A DNA stretch of 48,363 bases from an uncultured Bacilli bacterium (GCA_947626515.1 CANQSL010000005.1:1-48363); one strand, 5' to 3'; positions 1 through 10,506 are shown, counted from the stretch's first letter. Translations and numbers: made by a program. Notes: generated by a model from the letters alone, not told the origin.

Positions 1-69
<69 letters not shown>

Positions 70-125
70 AATTTATTAATTTATTTTTTGTTTAATACTA
101 GCTACATAACTCAAATTTTTTACTT

Positions 126-139
126 AGTTTTCAAAGATC
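126..139 (-). promoter_or_regulatory. rRNA leader boxA antitermination site
   Basis: GATCTTTGAAAACT on the minus strand, between the promoters and 16S; matches the Bacillota rrn boxA pattern. Confidence 0.7.
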
Positions 140-175
140 ATTTCTGCACCAATTCTTTTTGTTAAGTGCATTTGT

Positions 176-204
176 AATATACCAAATATAAATTTTAGTG
201 TCAA
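176..204 (-). promoter_or_regulatory. rrn promoter P2 (sigmaA)
   Basis: TTGACA-17 bp-TATATT with a TGn extended -10. Confidence 0.75.
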
Positions 205-268
205 TACTTTTCTAGCCTTTTTTCGATATTTTACATCTTTGTCATGTCTTTTCTGCACAACGTGTTTA

Positions 269-297
269 ATATTACTACACTTTTTTCTTTTTTGCAA
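269..297 (-). promoter_or_regulatory. rrn promoter P1 (sigmaA), putative
   Basis: TTGCAA-17 bp-TAATAT with an A-rich UP-like region upstream; tandem with P2. Confidence 0.5.
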
Positions 298-331
298 GTA
301 TTTTTTTTATTTTTTCTTATTTTTATAAAAA

Positions 332-688
332 TTACTCCTCATAACCATTAGTTTCATAATTATCACATTTTATAAAAGCTTCATATTTAAATGAATTTGT
401 TAATCCTGTTATTTTTACATATCCATCGCATTCTTCATTTCCTATTTTATTATTTATTTCTAATCCTAATTTTTTTAATTCATCAAGTGTTATTTTTATA
501 TATTTTTTGTTTTGAGGCAATTTTTTAGAGTTAGCATCTTGGCCAAAATATACTTGAGAAATTTCTTTCAAATCATTTTCCAATGCAACATAATTTTTAT
601 TTTTATTTTTAATATTAACACCAATAAATAAAAGTAATGTTAATAATAGCATTAGCATTAACATCCAAGTAATAGTCATTTTTTTCAT
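332..688 (-). CDS. hypothetical protein with N-terminal membrane anchor
   Basis: 118 aa ORF with a hydrophobic N-terminus and a C-terminal Cys pair (ECDGYV...IKCDNY). Confidence 0.7.
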   Translation of the reverse strand: MKKMTITWMLMLMLLLTLLLFIGVNIKNKNKNYVALENDLKEISQVYFGQDANSKKLPQNKKYIKITLDELKKLGLEINNKIGNEECDGYVKITGLTNSFKYEAFIKCDNYETNGYEE

Positions 689-690
689 AT

Positions 691-810
691 CTAAACTCCG
701 ATTAATCTTAACAACATTTCCATGTAATAAAATGCTATATACAAAAATATCATAAAAATTATTACTACTGTAAATACAAATCCATAGCCATATTTTTTAT
801 TTGACTTCAT
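691..810 (-). CDS. small membrane protein (39 aa), not in ORF track
   Basis: MKSNKKYGYGFVFTVVIIFMIFLYIAFYYMEMLLRLIGV*; SD-like GAGTGG upstream; stop 2 bp before the next start. Confidence 0.55.
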   Translation of the reverse strand: MKSNKKYGYGFVFTVVIIFMIFLYIAFYYMEMLLRLIGV

Positions 811-877
811 AATACCACTCTTTACTACTATTATATTAACACACTTTTATTTTATGTTAAAGATTAAAATTAATTCC

Positions 878-904
878 AAAAAAAAAGACATGTATGTCTT
901 TTTT
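878..904 (-). terminator. intrinsic terminator after rplL
   Basis: AAGACA-tgta-TGTCTT hairpin flanked by A and T runs. Confidence 0.7.
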
Positions 905-1271
905 AAGCTAATTCTACAGTAGCTCCAGCTTCTTCTAATTTAGCTTTAATTTCATTTGCTTCTTCAGCAGGAATATTTTCTTTAATATTTCCACCTTTAT
1001 CAGCTATTCCTTTAGCTTCAACTAATCCTAATCCAGTAATTTCTCTTATAACTTTAATTACTGCAATCTTAGCTGCTCCAGCATCTTTCAAAACAACTGT
1101 TTTAGTAGAAGCTTCTGCTTCTTCGCTAGCAGCAACTGGAGCTGCAGCTACAGCTACAGCACTTGGATCTACTCCAAATTCTTCTTTCATTGCATCAACT
1201 AATTCTTTAACTTCAAGAATAGTCATTTCTTTTAAACCATTAATAAATTCATCTTTTGTAAATTTTGCCAT
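903..1271 (-). CDS. rplL: 50S ribosomal protein L7/L12
   Basis: KIAVIKVIREITGLGLVEAK and KLEEAGATVEL signatures. Confidence 0.98.
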   Translation of the reverse strand: MAKFTKDEFINGLKEMTILEVKELVDAMKEEFGVDPSAVAVAAAPVAASEEAEASTKTVVLKDAGAAKIAVIKVIREITGLGLVEAKGIADKGGNIKENIPAEEANEIKAKLEEAGATVELA

Positions 1272-1290
1272 TTCAAATCATTCCTTTCAA

Positions 1291-1788
1291 TTATTTATTT
1301 TCACCTAATTTTTCGGCATATAAATTAAGTCCTATTGATAGATTTTTTACGTGTTCTATCATACCACCTGCAAGCATAGTAAGCAAGCCTTCCATTGATG
1401 GAATTGATGCATATTCTTTAATTACGTCAAGAGTAGCAACTTCACCATCGATAATACCCGTTAAAATTTTAACATTTTCATTTTCTTTTGCAAATTTAGT
1501 CAATATTTTAATTGGTTCAAGTATTTCTTTGCCAAAAACAACTGCATTAGGTCCTTTTAAATAAGAATCAATATCAATATTTTTATTGCTTAGTGCTCTT
1601 TTAAGTAACCTATTTTTATATATCTTTACTTCACTATCATCTTGTTTTAGTTGTTTTCTCAATTCAGAAATTTTTTCAACAGTTGATCCTTGATAACTAA
1701 ATACTAAAATACTTTTAGAACTATCTAATTTATCAACGATTTCATCGACGATATTTTGCTTTTCTTCTAATATTTTTGCACTTGCCAT
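1291..1788 (-). CDS. rplJ: 50S ribosomal protein L10
   Basis: VKIYKNRLLKRAL and LKGPNAV motifs; true start MASAK at 1788 after the AAGGAGG SD; upstream of rplL. Confidence 0.96.
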   Translation of the reverse strand: MASAKILEEKQNIVDEIVDKLDSSKSILVFSYQGSTVEKISELRKQLKQDDSEVKIYKNRLLKRALSNKNIDIDSYLKGPNAVVFGKEILEPIKILTKFAKENENVKILTGIIDGEVATLDVIKEYASIPSMEGLLTMLAGGMIEHVKNLSIGLNLYAEKLGENK

Positions 1789-1854
1789 TTTATATCCTCC
1801 TTTATTTATATAAAAAAACTTTCCAAAAGGAAAGTACAAAGCTCTATATACTCT

Positions 1855-1905
1855 ATAACTTCCCTCGGTAGGATTATTAAGAAAAATCCCCTACTGTCTT
1901 CGGTA
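1855..1905 (-). ncRNA. L10 leader autoregulatory RNA
   Basis: ACCGAAGACAGTAGGGG...TAATAATCCTACCGAGG, the typical L10-leader pattern, directly upstream of rplJ. Confidence 0.85.
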
Positions 1906-1945
1906 AAAAGTTCTTTTATTTCAATTTATTATATTATATTTTCTT

Positions 1946-2644
1946 TTACTTGTCAAAAGAATTTTTGTCAATCTTAATTCCAGGACCCATAGTTGTACTA
2001 ATTGATATATTTGTAACATAAGTTCCTTTAACTGTAGAAGGTTTCAATTTTTGAATAGTATTCATTAAATGTTGAATATTTTCTATTAAAGATTTTTCTT
2101 CAAAAGAAACTTTTCCTATAATTGAATGAACATTTCCATATGTATCTGCTCTAAATTCAATCATTCCTTTTTTAACATCTTCAACAACTTTTTCTGGAGT
2201 AGTTGTTACTGTTCCAGTTTTTGGATTAGGCATTAATCCTTTAGGCCCTAGTAACTTACCAATTTTACCTAAAGCAGGCATCATTTCTGGTGTAGCTATA
2301 ATAATGTCGAAATCAAACCAATTTTCTTTTTGAATCTTATCTATTAAGTCAACATCTCCAACATAATCTGCACCAGCAGACTTAGCTGCTTCAGCTTGTG
2401 CTCCTTTAGCTAAAACTAATGTTTTTTTAGTTTTACCAGTACCATTTGGCAATACTAGTGATCCACGAATTTGTTGATCAGATTTTTTAGTATCAATATT
2501 TAATTTAATAGCAACTTCAACAGTACTATCAAATTTAGTAGTACTAGTTTCTTTTACCAATTTGATTGCTTCTTCAACAGAATATAATTTGTTTTTGTCT
2601 ACTTTTTTTGAAGCTTCCACGTATTTCTTTCCAAATTTCTTCAC
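1946..2644 (-). CDS. rplA: 50S ribosomal protein L1
   Basis: [24 protein letters not shown] and STTMGPG motifs; GTG start. Confidence 0.98.
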   Translation of the reverse strand: MKKFGKKYVEASKKVDKNKLYSVEEAIKLVKETSTTKFDSTVEVAIKLNIDTKKSDQQIRGSLVLPNGTGKTKKTLVLAKGAQAEAAKSAGADYVGDVDLIDKIQKENWFDFDIIIATPEMMPALGKIGKLLGPKGLMPNPKTGTVTTTPEKVVEDVKKGMIEFRADTYGNVHSIIGKVSFEEKSLIENIQHLMNTIQKLKPSTVKGTYVTNISISTTMGPGIKIDKNSFDK

Positions 2645-2682
2645 TTTTTTCCCTCCAATCGTGGTTTATTAGCGGATATTCA

Positions 2683-3285
2683 TTAATTTTCTTCTTTATT
2701 TTCGTTTTCTTCGTTATCTTTTTCAGTTATTACTTCTACTTCTACATTACTATTAGATTTCATTTCTTCTTCTAATGCTTCTAATTTAGCTTCTCTTTTT
2801 GCTTCTTCAATCTCAGCTTGATGAGCTTCTTCAGCTTGATGAGCTAATTCAACATCATTTACACCTTTAACAGCAACGCCCATATTTCTTGCAGTACCTT
2901 CAATAATTTTCATAGCTGCATCCACATCATATGCATTAAGGTCAGGTAATTTAGCTTCAGCAATATTTTTTAAATCGTCCTTAGTAATTGTAGCAACAAC
3001 TTCATTAGCACCCTTCTTGCTTCCAGATTTAATCTTAGCTGCTTTCTTAATCATAAATGCTGCAGGAGCTGTTTTTAATACAAAATCAAATGTTCTATCT
3101 TCATATATAGAAATTTCAACAGGAATTATATCTCCCATTTTATCCCTAGAAGCTTCATTAAATTTTGTACAAAATTCTTGTAAATTGATTCCAGCAGGAC
3201 CTAAAACTGTTCCAACAGGTGGAGCTGGTGTTGCTTTACCGGCTTCAATTTGTAATTTAATTTTCTTTACGACTTCTTTTGCCAC
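2683..3285 (-). CDS. rplK: 50S ribosomal protein L11 with ~60 aa acidic C-terminal extension
   Basis: [16 protein letters not shown] and [10 protein letters not shown] motifs; GTG start at 3285 after SD AAGGATG. Confidence 0.96.
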   Translation of the reverse strand: MAKEVVKKIKLQIEAGKATPAPPVGTVLGPAGINLQEFCTKFNEASRDKMGDIIPVEISIYEDRTFDFVLKTAPAAFMIKKAAKIKSGSKKGANEVVATITKDDLKNIAEAKLPDLNAYDVDAAMKIIEGTARNMGVAVKGVNDVELAHQAEEAHQAEIEEAKREAKLEALEEEMKSNSNVEVEVITEKDNEENENKEEN

Positions 3286-3314
3286 GAAAAACACATCCTT
3301 TCATATTTTCGCTG

Positions 3315-3350
3315 TTGTGGTTTGGGCAAATCCGCTATTCCCTTCCACAA
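3315..3350 (-). promoter_or_regulatory. putative L1-binding leader of rplK-rplA
   Basis: TTGTGGAAGGG...CCCAAACCACAA hairpin with an internal loop resembling the L1 rRNA-mimic site. Confidence 0.65.
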
Positions 3351-3427
3351 AGCATTATATAATAAAATATATAAATGCATAATTGATAATAACACACAAA
3401 TTAAATTTATGTCAATATTTTTATGCT

Positions 3428-4528
3428 TTAGACATTAAATCTAAAATAACAGATATCGCCATCTTGCATTATATAATCCTTTCCCTCTAAACGCATTTTA
3501 CCCGCTTCTTTAACTTTTAATTCAGTTCCATAAGTTTCTAAATCATTAAAGCTCATAGTTTCACATCTAATAAATCCTCTTTCAAAATCCGAATGAATTA
3601 TACCTGCACAAGCTGGTGCTTTCATTCCTTTTTTAAATGTCCACGCTCTACATTCTTTAGGTCCAGCTGTAAAAAACGTTGCCAATCCTAATAAATTATA
3701 TGTTTCAAATATTAATTTATCTAAACCACTTGAAGATAATCCAATTTCTTCCATAAAATTCTTTTTATCGCTCTCTTCTAATTCTGATAATTCACTTTCT
3801 AATTTAGCACATAATACGACAACTCCAGAAGATTCTTTACTTGCATAATCACGAACTAATTCAACATATTTGTTTGTGCCAACTATCGCATCTTCTTCAT
3901 TAACATTTGCAGCATAGATTATTTTTTTTAGTGTTATGAAACTAAAGTTTTTAAGTAACTCTAATTCTTCTTCAGTAAATACCACATTCCTTAAAGCTAT
4001 ATTTTTTTCTAGATTTTCTTTGCATTTTTTTAAAGTATTTATCTCTAACAGTTCTTTTTTATCTTTTGTCATATCAGCTTTTTTCCCAATTTTAGAAATT
4101 CTATTTTGAACTATCTCTAAATCAGACATAATAAGTTCAACATTAATTATTTCTATATCTCTTATCGGATCAACATTTCCTTCGACATGTGTTATATCCG
4201 CATTTTCAAAACATCTTACAACTTCAACAATAGCATCAACTTCTCTAATATGAGATAAAAATTTATTGCCCAAGCCTTCTCCATTTGATGCACCTTTAAC
4301 TAATCCAGCTATATCTATAAATTCATAAGTTGTAGGTACTAAACTATCAGGTGTATATAAATTTTCTAAAAATTCTAATCTAGTATCTGGAACTGTAACA
4401 ACCCCAACATTTGGTTCAATAGTTGCAAATGGATAATTTGCTGCTAATATATTTTTTTTAGTAATAGCATTAAATAAAGTACTTTTACCGACATTAGGTA
4501 ATCCTACTATTCCCGCTTTTAATGACAT
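3428..4528 (-). CDS. ychF: redox-regulated ATPase YchF
   Basis: GIVGLPNVGKST, NYPFATIEPN, DIAGLVKGAS and C-terminal FRFNV. Confidence 0.98.
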   Translation of the reverse strand: MSLKAGIVGLPNVGKSTLFNAITKKNILAANYPFATIEPNVGVVTVPDTRLEFLENLYTPDSLVPTTYEFIDIAGLVKGASNGEGLGNKFLSHIREVDAIVEVVRCFENADITHVEGNVDPIRDIEIINVELIMSDLEIVQNRISKIGKKADMTKDKKELLEINTLKKCKENLEKNIALRNVVFTEEELELLKNFSFITLKKIIYAANVNEEDAIVGTNKYVELVRDYASKESSGVVVLCAKLESELSELEESDKKNFMEEIGLSSSGLDKLIFETYNLLGLATFFTAGPKECRAWTFKKGMKAPACAGIIHSDFERGFIRCETMSFNDLETYGTELKVKEAGKMRLEGKDYIMQDGDICYFRFNV

Positions 4529-4620
4529 ATAAATCCCTCATTTCTCTTGTATTATATCACAGTAAATTAATGAATTTACAATTAATTTTTATAATAAACT
4601 AAAAAAAGTTAAAATGCTAT

Positions 4621-4869
4621 TTAACTCTCAATATTTACTTTGCTTAATAATTCTTTATTATGATCTTTAAGTAATGAAAGAGCAGAAAAATATTCATTTT
4701 TATCCTTAAGACCATATAGTGTATCACCATTTATTTTTCGTATACAAAAATCATTTTCATTCTCTTTATTAGAAAGATATACATATTCATCTTTATCTTT
4801 TTTTATTCTTTCTAGAATCATATATTCTTTGCCATTTTCTAGTGTAACTATTTCCATTTCTTTATCCAT
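4621..4869 (-). CDS. DUF1292-like small protein
   Basis: 82 aa with an IVTLENGKEY...EYVYL pattern resembling DUF1292. Confidence 0.5.
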   Translation of the reverse strand: MDKEMEIVTLENGKEYMILERIKKDKDEYVYLSNKENENDFCIRKINGDTLYGLKDKNEYFSALSLLKDHNKELLSKVNIES

Positions 4870-5597
4870 TACAAACTATAGCCTCTTTCTACTTCATTGC
4901 TTTTTTCTTCAATCATTTGTTTAAATTCATTTCTAATAATTGGAGCATATAATTTAGCTTTTTCTTTTGATAATTTCAAATATTCTTCTTTAGATAATTC
5001 TCCAAATAAATCTTCAAATTCGTATACATCCTTTAATTTATGAGCTAATTCTATATTTCTTTCTGGATCACCATTTAAAATTGAATTTAAATCAATTAAA
5101 ATATCTGAAACAAATTTATTAGCATGCTCTTCATTATTTTCATTTAAATCAGTTATATATATACTATAGATAACAGCATCAAAATATTCAGCTTTCGTTC
5201 TTGAAAGATATTTATTTATTTCTTGAATACTATAATACATATAATGAGTAATCGCATCATCCCCATTTGGAACTTCTACAATATTTCTTCGTTTAGCAAT
5301 CTCTAATATCGATTGATTATTTTTATCTGATATTTCATCATTTAATCCCACAATATCATCGGCATATTTTAATATTGTTTGTGTAGAACTATAATTTTCT
5401 ATTTTATCCTTTGCTACTCCATATAAATTTACTGATAAGTATGTTGAACCTATAAGTGCTGCTGCCATAAACATAGAAATAGCTTTGGCAATTTTTCTTT
5501 TTCTAATTTTTTCTTTTCTAATTCTTAACTTTTCTGCTTTTACGCCTACACTATTATTGTAAGACTCTTCAAAATCAATATTTTTATAATCTGACAT
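4869..5597 (-). CDS. hypothetical membrane-anchored protein
   Basis: 242 aa; basic patch followed by one hydrophobic helix; SD AGGTGA. Confidence 0.7.
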   Translation of the reverse strand: MSDYKNIDFEESYNNSVGVKAEKLRIRKEKIRKRKIAKAISMFMAAALIGSTYLSVNLYGVAKDKIENYSSTQTILKYADDIVGLNDEISDKNNQSILEIAKRRNIVEVPNGDDAITHYMYYSIQEINKYLSRTKAEYFDAVIYSIYITDLNENNEEHANKFVSDILIDLNSILNGDPERNIELAHKLKDVYEFEDLFGELSKEEYLKLSKEKAKLYAPIIRNEFKQMIEEKSNEVERGYSL

Positions 5598-5689
5598 ATT
5601 ATCACCTAATTATATTTTAAATATATATATTTTTTTTTGCAAGAATTTCAAATAAAAAAACTAATATTTTACATAAAAAAAGTGAATCG

Positions 5690-6787
5690 CTATTCACTTT
5701 TTGCCAACTTTAATTTAGCAGTTTCTGTCTTGCCATCTCTTACATATTTTAATGTTACTTCATCATTTGGATTAAATTTATATAGATAATATTTTAATTT
5801 TGCTACTGAAGTAACTTCATAATCACCTATTGCCGTTACGACATCACCAATTTTCAAACCAGCTTTATCAGCAGGAGATGAAGCTTCTACACTCATTACA
5901 ACTGCGCCAGTAACATCATTAGGAACTGAAATTCGATATTGAGCTAAAGCATAAGTATCAGTTGAATTTAACATAGATATTCCGATAAAAGGTCTATCTA
6001 TCTTTCCTTTTTCTCTTAATTGAGTAGCATAATTAATAGCATCTTCTATTGGAATAGCAAATCCAATTCCTTCAACACCACTACTTATAAGTTTCATATT
6101 AGTTATACCTATTACTTCACCATTTGAATTAGCTAGTGGTCCACCACTATTACCACTATTTATAGCAGCATCTGTTTGTAAAACATTTATTACCCAATCA
6201 CTGGCACTGCTTGTATTAACTTCTATTAACCTATCCTTATTCGATAATATTCCTCTTGTAACTGTCCAAGAATATTCATCAGATATAGGAGCACCTATTG
6301 TAAATACAGTATCTCCTAGCCTACTATTATCATTATTGCCTAACGTAGCAACTTTAATAACTTTTTCTTTTTCTATTTTTAATACAGCTATATCTGAATA
6401 AGAATCATTACCTACTAATTCAACTGTCTCAACAGAATCATTTGTAAATTTTACTTTAATAGAAGTTGAATCTTCTACTACATGAGAGTTTGTCAATATA
6501 TATGCATATTTATCATCTTCATCATAAACAAAACCTGTACCACTACTAAATAGTCTTCCGTTTTGATATGCTCCAACAACTACAACAGCATCATATAATT
6601 TTTCAACAGAATCTGCAATACCTTTATCTGTTACTGTTACCTCTTTCTCACTTTTATTAATTACTGTTTGTGCTCCATCTTTTTTAGCAAATACAGGTAT
6701 ATATTGAACTGCGGCATACATGCCTATCGCTCCTATAAAAAATGCAAAGAGAAGTATAATTACATTCAATAAAGTATTTTTTTTCAT
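5690..6787 (-). CDS. htrA: HtrA/DegP family serine protease with PDZ domain
   Basis: GTGF, TNSHVV, SDIAVLK and QTDAAINSGNSGGPL; N-terminal TM helix; C-terminal PDZ. Confidence 0.95.
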   Translation of the reverse strand: MKKNTLLNVIILLFAFFIGAIGMYAAVQYIPVFAKKDGAQTVINKSEKEVTVTDKGIADSVEKLYDAVVVVGAYQNGRLFSSGTGFVYDEDDKYAYILTNSHVVEDSTSIKVKFTNDSVETVELVGNDSYSDIAVLKIEKEKVIKVATLGNNDNSRLGDTVFTIGAPISDEYSWTVTRGILSNKDRLIEVNTSSASDWVINVLQTDAAINSGNSGGPLANSNGEVIGITNMKLISSGVEGIGFAIPIEDAINYATQLREKGKIDRPFIGISMLNSTDTYALAQYRISVPNDVTGAVVMSVEASSPADKAGLKIGDVVTAIGDYEVTSVAKLKYYLYKFNPNDEVTLKYVRDGKTETAKLKLAKSE

Positions 6788-6788
6788 T

Positions 6789-7751
6789 TTATAACTCCTT
6801 ATCTAAATAGCTTATTTCTTTAAAGTTAGTTGGGAATCCTATTACATTTAATACTTTTTCTATTTTTATTGTTTTTAACTTTCCTTCTAAAACATCTATT
6901 TCGTAAGTTATTTCATTTATAAACAATTTAAATTCTTCTGTAGATAACATCTTTTTAAGTATTATTGTCAATGCAAATAAATCATCTTTTCCATAAATAT
7001 ATTCCCCATCAAGCTTAGAAATATTCAATAAATTGTGATAAGTTGTATCTGGTATAGGTCTATTAGTTTTATAATCATATAAGATATCTTCATGTGCACA
7101 CAAATTTCTATAATTAGCTAAAATAGGTAAATATATACTTAAAGTTTCTGAAGGTATGTTATATATTTCGGAAATTTCTATTTGATCCTCTTTCTTCATA
7201 ATAGTATATAATTCACATACTATTCCAAAAGATAGTACTTTTACAACAATCCATAAAGGAATATAACCATAATTTGTTTGATAGTGTTTTGTTGCTGAAT
7301 GTTGACTTCCATTTATTCTAATTTGTCTTTTCATTTTCTTTATCAAATCATTAACTTGTCTAAATTTTTCTGGATTATTTGTAAAGTTAGAAGGTTTCAA
7401 ATAATCTTTTTCTTTAAAACCATATTTTTTAGATAATTGATAAGAAAAAATACTTTTTATATTATTTTCTATTATTAACAAATTTTTAAAAATAACATTT
7501 CTTATTTGTCTATCAAAATTAAATAGAGCATACAATTCCCTGAAGTTTGCTCCAGGCAAATAATTTTTATCTTCTTTTGATTTTAACAATAGATGTCTAT
7601 AGCCACTTAAAAAGAAATAGTTTTCTCTCAATAATATTTGTTTAGCAGCATCTACATCTTCTATAATTAGCCCTCTTTTTTTTAGTATGTCTATTTGTTC
7701 ATCTAAGGTTTTAAATATTTTACTATTTGAGTCACTATTATTTCTAGTCAT
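6789..7751 (-). CDS. Abi_2 (AbiD/AbiF-like) HEPN protein
   Basis: FKTLDEQIDILKKRGLII N-terminus, LFNFDRQIR, IPLWIVVKVLSFG and the HEPN motif RNLCAH; start at 7751 after AGGTGA. Confidence 0.88.
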   Translation of the reverse strand: MTRNNSDSNSKIFKTLDEQIDILKKRGLIIEDVDAAKQILLRENYFFLSGYRHLLLKSKEDKNYLPGANFRELYALFNFDRQIRNVIFKNLLIIENNIKSIFSYQLSKKYGFKEKDYLKPSNFTNNPEKFRQVNDLIKKMKRQIRINGSQHSATKHYQTNYGYIPLWIVVKVLSFGIVCELYTIMKKEDQIEISEIYNIPSETLSIYLPILANYRNLCAHEDILYDYKTNRPIPDTTYHNLLNISKLDGEYIYGKDDLFALTIILKKMLSTEEFKLFINEITYEIDVLEGKLKTIKIEKVLNVIGFPTNFKEISYLDKEL

Positions 7752-7833
7752 ACTATCACCTATTATAAATTTTATCACAACTCACATAAAAATAATATAT
7801 AATTATTATGAAATTTTTATGAATTTTACATTA

Positions 7834-8469
7834 TTATTTTGTGAAATATTTAATTATTGATTTTTTTATTTTAACAGCTATTTCTCTTTGATATTTTTCA
7901 TTTACCAATTTTTTTCTATCATTTGCATTTGATAAAAAGCCACACTCTATTAATATACCATTACTATTTAATTTATTAAACATATACAAACTATTATCAA
8001 TAGCTTTAATATCTCTCTTTTTATTTAAGCTATTTTGTATTATCTCAGCTAATTTTTTATCACCTTTATAAAAAACTTGTGCTCCACTATATAATGAATC
8101 TTGATAAAAGTTTTGATGTATAGAAATAAATAAAGTAGGATTACTTTCATTTATTATTTTTATTCTATTATCAAAATCACTTCTTTTTCTCAAAGTAGCA
8201 TTTGGAGTTGATAGATCATAGTCTCCCTCTCTAGTTAAAATTATATTAGCTCCAACACTTTCTAATTCTTCTTTTAATTTTAACGATATACTTAAATTTA
8301 TATCTTTTTCATAAATATTTTGGTATGATGTCCCTTTATCTACTGATCCATGTCCGGGGTCAATTGCAATAACTACACCATCTAATACCATGCTTTTTTC
8401 TTTAGCAATAGTAGGTACATATAATATTAAATTTAAAATAATTAAAAAAAATAAAACAAATTTTTTCAT
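7834..8469 (-). CDS. N-acetylmuramoyl-L-alanine amidase (Amidase_3, CwlD-like)
   Basis: IDPGHG, EKDINL, SIHQN and LIECGFLSN. TATAAT lies 5 nt before the ATG with no SD, so possibly leaderless. Confidence 0.9.
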   Translation of the reverse strand: MKKFVLFFLIILNLILYVPTIAKEKSMVLDGVVIAIDPGHGSVDKGTSYQNIYEKDINLSISLKLKEELESVGANIILTREGDYDLSTPNATLRKRSDFDNRIKIINESNPTLFISIHQNFYQDSLYSGAQVFYKGDKKLAEIIQNSLNKKRDIKAIDNSLYMFNKLNSNGILIECGFLSNANDRKKLVNEKYQREIAVKIKKSIIKYFTK

Positions 8470-8528
8470 ATAATATTATATTAAAAAAGAGTTATTAAAA
8501 TTCATTAATAACCTTAATTAAATTTTAT

Positions 8529-9374
8529 TTAATTTTCTTTTTCAAATTCATTATTTTTATTTATTACTTCATAGTTATCTGTTATTGATATAAATGCATT
8601 TTTATCAATTAATTTTATTCCCTCTTTAAGTCTAAAATAATCTTTTGTCGGTATAACTGACATAATTATCTTATTTTGATTTTTAGAGTAACCACCTTCT
8701 ACATCAAAAACTGTAAAATCATATTTTAATTCATCCATTATAAATTTTCTTACTTCTTTTTCTTTTTCAGTTATAATATAAAAAGCCTTTGAATCGCTTA
8801 TTCCAATAGAAGCTTTTGTAGTAAGATATCTTATAATTACTATTACAATAAGAGAATAAAGTATTTGTTCTAATCCATAACTTGTAAATGACAAAAATAT
8901 TAAAAATATATCAAATCCTCTTGAAATCCACCTAGTGTTTTTATCATTTAAATCATTGAATACATCTTCGATAATATTAATTGCTCCAACTTTATATCCT
9001 TCTTTATATAGAAATGCATAACCATAACCTATAATCATTCCACCAAATATAGCTAAAAGTAACTTTTCAACTTCATTTATTAAACTTAGATGAATAAATG
9101 AAGTTAAATATATAAAAATAGGTATTAAAATAGATGGTAAAAAATATTTTTTTAAACCTTTTGTATCATATATCATATATATTAACCATAAAGTCCAAAA
9201 ATTAATAATCGCTAATAATATTGGAATATTTAAATTATAGTCATAATAAAGTAAATTAGCTATTCCCATTGTTCCACTTGCAATTAATCTAGAAGGAACT
9301 ATAAAAAAATTTACTCCAACACTAATTAATAAACATCCAAATATTATTTTTATATATTTTTTTACCTGATTCAT
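8529..9374 (-). CDS. YitT family membrane protein (DUF2179 C-terminus)
   Basis: Multiple TM segments; C-terminal GGYS...IKLIDKNAFI. Confidence 0.85.
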   Translation of the reverse strand: MNQVKKYIKIIFGCLLISVGVNFFIVPSRLIASGTMGIANLLYYDYNLNIPILLAIINFWTLWLIYMIYDTKGLKKYFLPSILIPIFIYLTSFIHLSLINEVEKLLLAIFGGMIIGYGYAFLYKEGYKVGAINIIEDVFNDLNDKNTRWISRGFDIFLIFLSFTSYGLEQILYSLIVIVIIRYLTTKASIGISDSKAFYIITEKEKEVRKFIMDELKYDFTVFDVEGGYSKNQNKIIMSVIPTKDYFRLKEGIKLIDKNAFISITDNYEVINKNNEFEKEN

Positions 9375-9378
9375 AATC

Positions 9379-10474
9379 TTACCTCTTTATTCTTAAAAAC
9401 GCCCTCATAAATTCTATAATATCTCCATCTAACACTTTAGATGCATTATTTGTTTCATAACCAGTTCTAACATCTTTTACTAATTTATAAGGTTCTAGCG
9501 TATAATTTCTTATTTGACTTCCAAAATCAATATTGAGCATATCACCTTTTAAATTATTTATTTCTTTTTCCTTGTTCTTTTCTTCTATTTGAAATAATTT
9601 ACTTTTTAATAAATTCATTGCAGTAGCCTTATTTTTTATTTGACTTCTTTCGTTTTGACAAGTTACAACTATTCCAGTTGGTATATGTGTAATTCTAACT
9701 GCCGAATCAGTTGTATTCACTCCTTGACCACCGCAACCACTACTTCTATATACATCTATTTTTAAATCTTCTTCCTTTATATCTACTTTTATTTCGTCAT
9801 CTATTTCAGGAATAACAGAAACTGAAGCAAATGAAGTTTGCCTTTTACCAGCTGCATTAAAGGGACTTATCCTAACAAGCCTATGAACTCCTATTTCTCC
9901 TTTGAAATATCCGTATGGAAAATTTCCTTTTATCTTTAAAGTAACACTCTTTATTCCCGCTGTATCTCCTTTTAATTTGTCGATTACTTCATAAGTATAT
10001 CCATTTTTTTCACAAAACATTGTATACATTCTAAGAAGCATATCTGCCCAATCTTGAGCTTCGGTTCCACCAGCACCAGGATGTATTTCTAAAAAACAAT
10101 TATATTTATCATATTTACCATTTAATAAAGTTTCTATTTCTAAATCATTAGTTTCTTTTTTTATCGAATCAAGTTCATTATATAATTCATTGATTTCTTC
10201 AGTATTACTATCATTTAAAATATCGCATAAAGATATAGCTGCATCAACATTATTAATTAGGTCTTCTATTTTTCCAATATTCTTTTCTAAAGTTGAAACT
10301 TTATTATTTAATTCATTAGCATAATTAATATCATTCCATATATTTTCTTTTTCGAGTTCTTTTTTTAAATTATTTAAAGTCTCTTTTTTATTTTCTACTT
10401 CAAAGAGACCTCCAAAGTATTTCTATTTTCTCTCTAATATTTAAATATTCGTTTTTTATAGTTTTTAAATCCAT
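9379..10474 (-). CDS. prfB: peptide chain release factor 2, with +1 programmed frameshift at 10400-10405
   Basis: ATG at 10474 gives MDLK...WRSL, then CTT TGA A with an upstream GGAGG. The +1 frame continues to GAGGTEAQDW, SPF and GGQ motifs; about 364 aa. Confidence 0.96.
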
Positions 10475-10497
10475 TTAATCACATCCTACTAGAGTAA

Positions 10498-10506
10498 AGT
10501 ATATCA
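10498..10506 (-). promoter_or_regulatory. extended -10 promoter for prfB
   Basis: TGaTATACT about 25 nt upstream of the prfB ATG. Confidence 0.5.
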
